From assembly GCA_951406725.2 (NCBI GenBank), contig CATOCA020000001.1:7254001-7318000 (forward strand): 64,000 nt of DNA, in the 5' to 3' direction. The position numbers and the translations under genes were made by a program. The notes beneath the pieces were generated by a model. The model was not told the DNA's origin, did not search any database, and saw only the letters and a list, made by a program, of their open reading frames with translations. Below, piece after piece: positions 57,050 to 64,000 of this stretch (position 1 is its first letter; every line of letters begins with the position of its first letter). The DNA is from Octopus vulgaris (taxonomy: Eukaryota).

Positions 57050-57480
57050 ACGCTCGATAATGCAAAATACAGCTGAACGTGGGAGACAAATTGTGTGCGA
57101 AGATATATTCCAATTTGTTTAAACGTCTGTCACCGTGCTTTGTTGCATGTGGAGGGCAAAGGCTGCTTTACATGGAATTGTTTCTGTGCTAAATGTGAAT
57201 GGGAACTCCATTCATTGAAACCCATGTGGGATCTTTGATATTACCAGCATTGATCCTACAAAAGGACCACAAACAACCTCAGCCGCAATAACACGATCGT
57301 AGAAGCAGACAATGATGTAGCCTATGCCATTGTAATGGCCATGTGTAGCATCCACATTTCTGTAAAACCTAATGCAGCTTCTTTTCTTTCGCTTGAGAAT
57401 ATATAATGGAAACCCTGATGGCACGAGTTTGTTGAGGAACTTGAAAAGGTACAGAGAAGTATATAGATGTCATTTTTAAT
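57050..57480 (-). mobile_element. Decayed Pif1-helicase fragment, Helitron-like
   Basis: PSGFPLYILK...RNVDATHGHYNGIGYIIV...VIAAEVVCG...LVISKIP resembles the Pif1 segment SGLP.H.L.LK...LLRN...G..NGTR...V.IPRI. Confidence 0.65.
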
Positions 57481-57989
57481 TATATTACTTAAATTCCCTT
57501 CCATATATTAGGAGATAGTTTTATTAACTTTTATGAATTTTTATTATTATTGTCTTCCATAGTATTTTAAAATTTTGACTTTGCCTTCCTACATCGAGAC
57601 CCGACTATTTAACAAAACTTCTCTTTCATCTGACGACGTAGCTGAAGTTCTGAATTATTTTGAAAGGCATTTTAGCATTTTGCATTAATACAGGCCTGTA
57701 ATTTATTCATTATTAGAGAGAATAATATAAATTATTTCCATGTTTCAAGAAACGAAACAATTTGTCTTGAAAAAAGAATTTTCTTTCTGTTAAATAAATT
57801 TTCATCAAAATGTTATTTAGGACTTAAGACTTCAACAGAGTCCCTTCATCTGCGATCTAGTGGGCTCTGAGGAAGTTAGAGGTAGATGGGTGGCTAGTGA
57901 AAGGCATACAAGCCATGAACAGGGGATTTGTCAGCAAGGGGAAAGTTAATCATGAGTAGGGTAATGAATTTAGAGAGCAGGTACTTCAC

Positions 57990-58260
57990 CGAGGTTCGGT
58001 TCTTGGTCTCCTGCTTATCATTGTCCTCTTGGCCATAACAAGGAACTTACAAGTGACTCCTCTAGAGAACTTTTATATACGGATCACCTTCGTCTTATAA
58101 TGGGATCTGTATCAGAATTGGTAAAGAAATTTCAGGTGTGGAAGCAAAGATTGGGATCTAGAGGGTAAGAAGTTAACCTAGCAAAGAATAAAGTTGTAAT
58201 TACCAAGACAACGGATAGGACTCTCTCCCCACGAGGTAAACTGCCCGGATGTACAAGGCG
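57990..58260 (+). mobile_element. Decayed RTE-type RT fragment
   Basis: ELLYTDHL (LLYADDL-like) and KFQVWKQRLGSRG. Confidence 0.5.
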
Positions 58261-59308
58261 CAGTGTAGTGACCATCTTTTTATCCGGCAACCCGGATGCT
58301 CTTTCTACTGTCCTCGAATGGCTTCAAAGTTGACAGCACCCATTAGATGATGCTCAGTCAAGCTGCTTTCCATCCAGATGTCCTCACATCTCAATCTGTC
58401 ATCTTTAGCCGAACAAAGACTTAGTCCAGTGGCGTGAGATGGAGAGCGGAGACGAATGTTTGGGGATATCTATGAAATGCAGGTGGACAGAGAGACATCC
58501 GATGGGCACAGTCGTCTTTTGTGATCAATTATCGAATATGTAGGGTTTGCATCGCCAAATAACGTCCCCTCGTGTGGTCGAAGCCCTGGCTAGCAAAATA
58601 TATTTAGAGAATGAATTGCTGATGAATAAGACTATGTAGGTTATACTGCGTCACACCATACTGCACGGAACTACACCGAGTCACATCGCGGCACACCGCG
58701 TCTGCAAATGATGGATAATGCTGGGAAGATATGACAAAATAAACAGCAGTGTATTACACAATCCCCGCTGTATTAAAGTATCCGTGTTTGTGACTCTCTC
58801 TCAGATGTCCGGGGGGACACCTTCCATGTGTGTGTGTGTGTGTCCGTCACCTATTCACCGTCTAACTCTATTCTATTTGTGGGACACAGCTGCTGAGTCA
58901 TCTTTGGATTTTGTCTAAATAAAGGATCAGCCAAGAACTCGAAATTAAAATTCAATCGATAAGAAAACAAGTTGAGGTGATGGAACTGATTTAGCATTTA
59001 TCATATATTTGGAGAGATTTGGCTGACCAGTAAAGTTATGTGGCTATTGTAGGTAAGCATAAAAGAAAGAACAATAAGAAGCGTAAGTTTGAAACACAGC
59101 ACAATTATCTGATGTAAAATTGAAGTAAATCAATTGAGGTTTGAAAATACACAAGCTCCGACTGTCAATGTTAGATATCTATCTAAAACTTGTAGACATT
59201 TTGTCGTATCATTTATCATTTTGTTGTATCACTGTGCTCCGCTCCGAATTTGTTTTCTTATAACGTTCAGAAAATTGGAGATATTTTAAAGGAAATTTCC
59301 AGCTCATA

Positions 59309-59708
59309 GGCGCAGGAGTGGCTGTGTGGTAAGTAGCTTGCTAACCAACCACATGGTTCCGGGTTCAGTCCCACTGCGTGACATCTTGGGCAAGTGTCTT
59401 CTGCTATCGCCCCGGGCCGACCAATGCCTTGTGAGTGGATTTGGTAGACGGAAACTGAAAGAAGCCTGTCGTATATATGTATATGTATATGTGTGTGTGT
59501 TTGTGTGTCTGTGTTTGTCCCCCTAGCATTGCTTGACAACCGATGCTGGTGTGTTTATGTCCCCGTTACTTAGCGGTTCGGCAAAAGAGACTGATAGAAT
59601 GAGTACTGGCTTACAAAAGAATAAGTCCCGGGGTGGAGTTGCTCGATTAAAGGCGGTGCTCCAGCATGGCCGCAGTCAAATGACTGAAACAAGTAAAAGA
59701 GTAAAGAG
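59309..59708 (+). mobile_element. Major octopus-type SINE, full length
   Basis: ggcgcaggagtggctgtgtggtaag ... gaaacaagtaaaagagtaaagag. Confidence 0.9.
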
Positions 59709-62700
59709 TATATCTTTCGTATTGAGTAGATTAGGGTTACAGCGGATTCTGTTGTGATAAAAAAAAGGGTTTAATGGACACGCACACATAAATCCTGACA
59801 CGAGCTGACATCAGGGAATCGACTCCTGTCCTTGTGATCCATCAATTTATAATTCTTTCTATTATAGTCACAAGGCCTGAAATTTGGGTGGGAGGGGACT
59901 AGTCGATTACATCGACCCCAGTACTCAGCTGGTACTTAATTTATCAACCCCGAAAGGATGAAAGGCAAAGTCGACCTCGGCGGAATTTGAACTCAGAACG
60001 TATCGACGGGCGAAATACCTCAAAGCATTTCGTCTAGCTTGCTGCCTTCCATCAACTCATAATGGATATGCAACAGTTAGCGTGAACGTAGCTGTTCCCT
60101 TCTAATAAACTTCGAGAGATGACCGCGGTTTTGTCAGCCGGATCGAGCACACAAAAAAGTAATGATAATAAACAGATGTCTGTAAGGTACAGTGAAACTG
60201 GCGGATTATTATATTTATCGGACGATGACAACAAATATTTACGTTTTCTTCGGTCAAATTCAGTACGAAGGAGCAGACATCTGTTGGAGCACGTGAGACT
60301 AACGGTTTTACTATACTTCTGGGACAAGGATAGCGGCAAGTGGATCGAATGCAGATGGGGGCACACACAGAAGAACTGTCTTGGCGAAACATCCCAGTTC
60401 AGTGGTAAGAGTGTTCGAAATTGGAGTGGGAAGCTGGAAAGAGGGATGAATGTGCAGACACATCTGTGAAATGAAGGTGGTCAGAGTAACATCCGACGGC
60501 TGCGGCCGGTTTCGTGGCCACTTTTCCTTGCTTAATAGCCAAGTGTGTCGAGTTTATTAGGGGACGGAGTCCGTTTCGGTAATTGAAGCGTGCGAGTGTA
60601 GCAAAGGTTCAGGGTCGTCATCAATCGCTCGTCAAATAACGGCCTCTCATAGGAAGATCCTCCCTCTCTATCTCTATTCGTTGCCCAACAGTTCGCCGAC
60701 GGACACCTTCTGTGTATGTCCGTCTCTTATTCTACCTGCTAGCTGTTGATACGTCCAAATACGGAAAATAAACGTCTGGTGGCGAGCGGGGAGACCGCGT
60801 GAATTACCGCATCCAGTGGCCGCCAGTACATCGGCATCTTCAACCCTCTCCGGCTAATTGCGAAGACACAGACGTGTCGTGTGTATTCGTGTGTCCCGAA
60901 ACCACTTGAACAGCGGCCCACCACTGATAACGTCCACTTGGTCGTCCGACGAAATTGTTAACCACCAAACTCGTGGTCAGCCTTTCCTTCGTATAAATTG
61001 AGTCGAAAATGATTGCCTGCATACCACAAAGACCCACAGTTTGAAGTGACGAACAGCAAGCATACTGCCATCTGTTGGATCTCAACTGGCAAACAACAGG
61101 GCTATGAAGATTTTGCTGCGCTTCTCCCCATTGCACCGCACAACACCGCATTACACCAAGCTACATCGTGATCAACAAGCTAAATCACGCAACAGGGGAA
61201 GTCAGAGGGCGGGAAATACTTTCGTCGTTCGTATAAATGAAACCGAAATTCACGCGGTTGACTGTACATTCGTGACTAAAATGATGTCTGCATACGACTG
61301 CATTTACTGTTTTGGTGTGATGTACTTAGTAGAGCAGCTATCCACTTTGATCCACACTAAGGGTTGCGATGTTGCCGGGTGCACCGATTTTAGTTTTATC
61401 CGACGACATGACTTCTACATTTTGCGCTGCTCACTAAAGTTATTGCCAAGGACCCAGATTCCGTCTGTCGCGCGATGACGAACTCTGCTCCTTTCACGCA
61501 CGTTTCCAAATTGGTACATAACGACATTGATTCCGTTATGGAACATGCTCAACACAAACGGGAAAGGGGCAAAGTAGAAGAGCCCCGTGTGAGGATTTGT
61601 CTAGCTGCTTTCCATCGAGACGATCTCACATACATTTCTGTCACCTGCCACCAACCCCAATGAAAGGACGCTTACAATCTTTATTAGAAGAATCTCATGC
61701 TTTTGCATTTGTCTCTGAGGTTTTCTTACTGTTGGGGGTCAGGCGAAAATGGCAACAAACCCAGATATGTCGACGGCATGAATTATACATGGACATACAC
61801 ATATGATCTGGCTACTGGTGAACCAGACCCAAGCTTTGGGTACGCGGTGGAAAACGCACATGACTGCCCAGATTTCATCTGAACATTGCATCATCCGGCA
61901 TGTGCAACGGTGTGCAGGACAGTTTGTCTTTATTTATTTCTTGATTGATTTGTATCTGTCCAGGAACGAAGGACGATGTTAATTGCCAGAGTGTGAGTCA
62001 GTGTAAGTGTTCAAGTACTCGTCGGTCACTCAGCAAAACCTCTGTCTCGACGAAATTCCTGGTCAGTGCTGAAGAAAGAGAAGACAAAATTGGCGGAGGA
62101 GACTAAGATCGTTACAAGTGCTAAACCACACTGCATCGCTCTGAACTGTGTAACATCGTGCTACACAGCGCTGCACCACACCTCGAATGGCAGATCGTTT
62201 CTTATACAAAAAGAGACGCATTAAATGGCAGTGGAATGGCTTCTCTAGAAAGCACGTTCCAGCAAACAGCATTTCGAGTCGTGTGTAAGAGATCGCTTTT
62301 GTCTCGTTCTTTTCGAATGAGAGGGAAATAAAGAAATATTATCACCCAAGATGGTAAAGCTGTTTTTATATTTAGTGAGGATGAGAGAGAAATACGTTTA
62401 AACAGAGGAAACTGGGATTCAAGGTTTTGACAAATATAACAATTATTAAGGACCATCTGGATGCTGTACAAAGGAACTCGTCTACGAACAAACGGTGGAT
62501 GTCAATACTCTGAAATTATTGAAATAACTCAAGAAGTTATCTACTTAAACAAGAAAATATTAAATGAAATCTCGGCAGGAACAAAAGGTTTATGTTTTCT
62601 GGGGTGAAGCTACACAAGATTCTGTGAATATATGTCATTCATCTGATAATGTAATCAAAGAATGTTTAATGGAAGTGTGTGATGTAGAACGTGCAATCGG

Positions 62701-63589
62701 CTGAGGGACAGAGGAAATGATCTTACTTTTATAGGTAAGACAGGACTAACCGATAAAAAACAAGCTGTCAGTTCTAAGATGGCGTTGCTAAAATGAATGG
62801 AGTTATTGAGGAGTTTCAGTTTCGAATTCTCCTTTCTACAATGTAAAATATTTGTATGTTCACTGACATTCACTCAACTCTCTGGCAGAAAATCCAGCTG
62901 TATCATATTGAATCACGAGGGTTTGGTAAATCTCGCCGCAATACAGCCAGGTACCGTCTGACTTTTCTGGATTCCCTGGTAAACGAAATATACAGGGAAA
63001 CTAGTGACCCCCAGCTCAGTATGACCCCCTTCTGTAAATATCTGTCTATATAATTCTTTTTCAGCAGAATGTAGGAGGGTCGACTCAAACGCAATGACAA
63101 AGTGAATCTTGCTCTTCACACAGAGCAAGAAGATGACTCTAAATAATTTGATAAACTCGGCCCCTCTCCTCCTAGGAAGGTCTGTTAGGCTAATCTTTTC
63201 AATCCCTTCCGTTTCATTGAACTATTTCCTAATTTCTACCATAAGCACGTGGAGGGGCATAATCGATTATATCGACACTGGAATGCGACCGAGGCGTTAT
63301 TTTATGATCTGCAGATGGATGAAAGATGAAACAAACTTGAGCAGGTTTAAATTTAAAACATTATGTCAACACCGAAAAGATGAAAGCTGGAGATGACCTC
63401 GGCAGAATTTGAACTCAGAAAGTACAGACGGATTAAATGCTGTTCAGCATTTTGTCCGGCGTGTTAACGACTCTACCAGTTCACCGCCTTTCTGAGGTAA
63501 TTAATTTTGTCAAATGTTTTCGCATTGTAAAAAAAAATCTCGTTAGCGAGTTTGGTTGGCTGAAAGTGAAAGAAGGAAACCAACACAGA

Positions 63590-64000
63590 AGCAGAGAAAG
63601 AAAGAAATAAAGAAAGAGAGAAAGAAAGATAAGAAAGAAAGGACGGAAGAATGGAAGGAAGAAGGAAAGAAAGGAAGGAAGAAGGTAAGAAAGAAAGAAA
63701 GACGGACAGGAAGAAAGAGAGAAAGGAAGAAAGAAAGAAAGAAAGAAAGGAAGAAAGAAAGAAAGAAATAAAGAAAGAAAGAACGACTGAAAGACTGAAA
63801 GGAAGAAAGAAAGACTGAAAGAAAGAAAGAAAGGAAGAAAGAAAGAAAGGAAGGAAGAAAGAAAGAAAGGAGGGAAGAAAGGAAGAAAGAAAGAAAGAAA
63901 GGAAGGAAGAAAGAAAGAAAGGAAGGAAGAAAGAAAGAAAGGAAGAAAGAAAGAAAGGAAGGAAGAAAGAAAGGAAGAAGAAAGAAAGGAAGAAAGAAAG
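63590..64000. repeat. (GAAA/GGAA)n purine microsatellite
   Basis: Directly visible. Confidence 0.95.

Overview
AT-rich, microsatellite- and TE-dense animal DNA, very probably an octopus genome (the SINE and RTE families look like Octopus repeats; this is recognition, not a database result). One spliced + strand gene spans nearly the whole window (ATG 874 to stop 55297; 16 exons read by hand from GT-AG sites). It encodes about 8 ankyrin repeats and a RING-HC finger, together resembling the C-terminal half of Mind bomb, then an array of short phase 1-1 exons and two death domains (DD). The short exons sit in homologous intron+exon units. The second DD module comes from an intragenic duplication whose junction creates the DD1 stop codon, and a GTGAGT donor inside DD1 could bypass that stop, giving 1-DD (~513 aa) and 2-DD (~614 aa) forms. 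An apparent 1-nt frameshift lies just before the RING exon. Introns hold an intact-frame Penelope-like element with a hammerhead ribozyme motif, an IR/DR Tc1, a mariner, a TSD-flanked MITE, decayed HERO/CR1/RTE/Sola-like pieces, SINEs, a 6.5-kb purine satellite and two 2-2.7-kb (GAT)n arrays. A Helitron-like fragment lies downstream of the gene. Most long ORFs in the supplied track are repeat artefacts.
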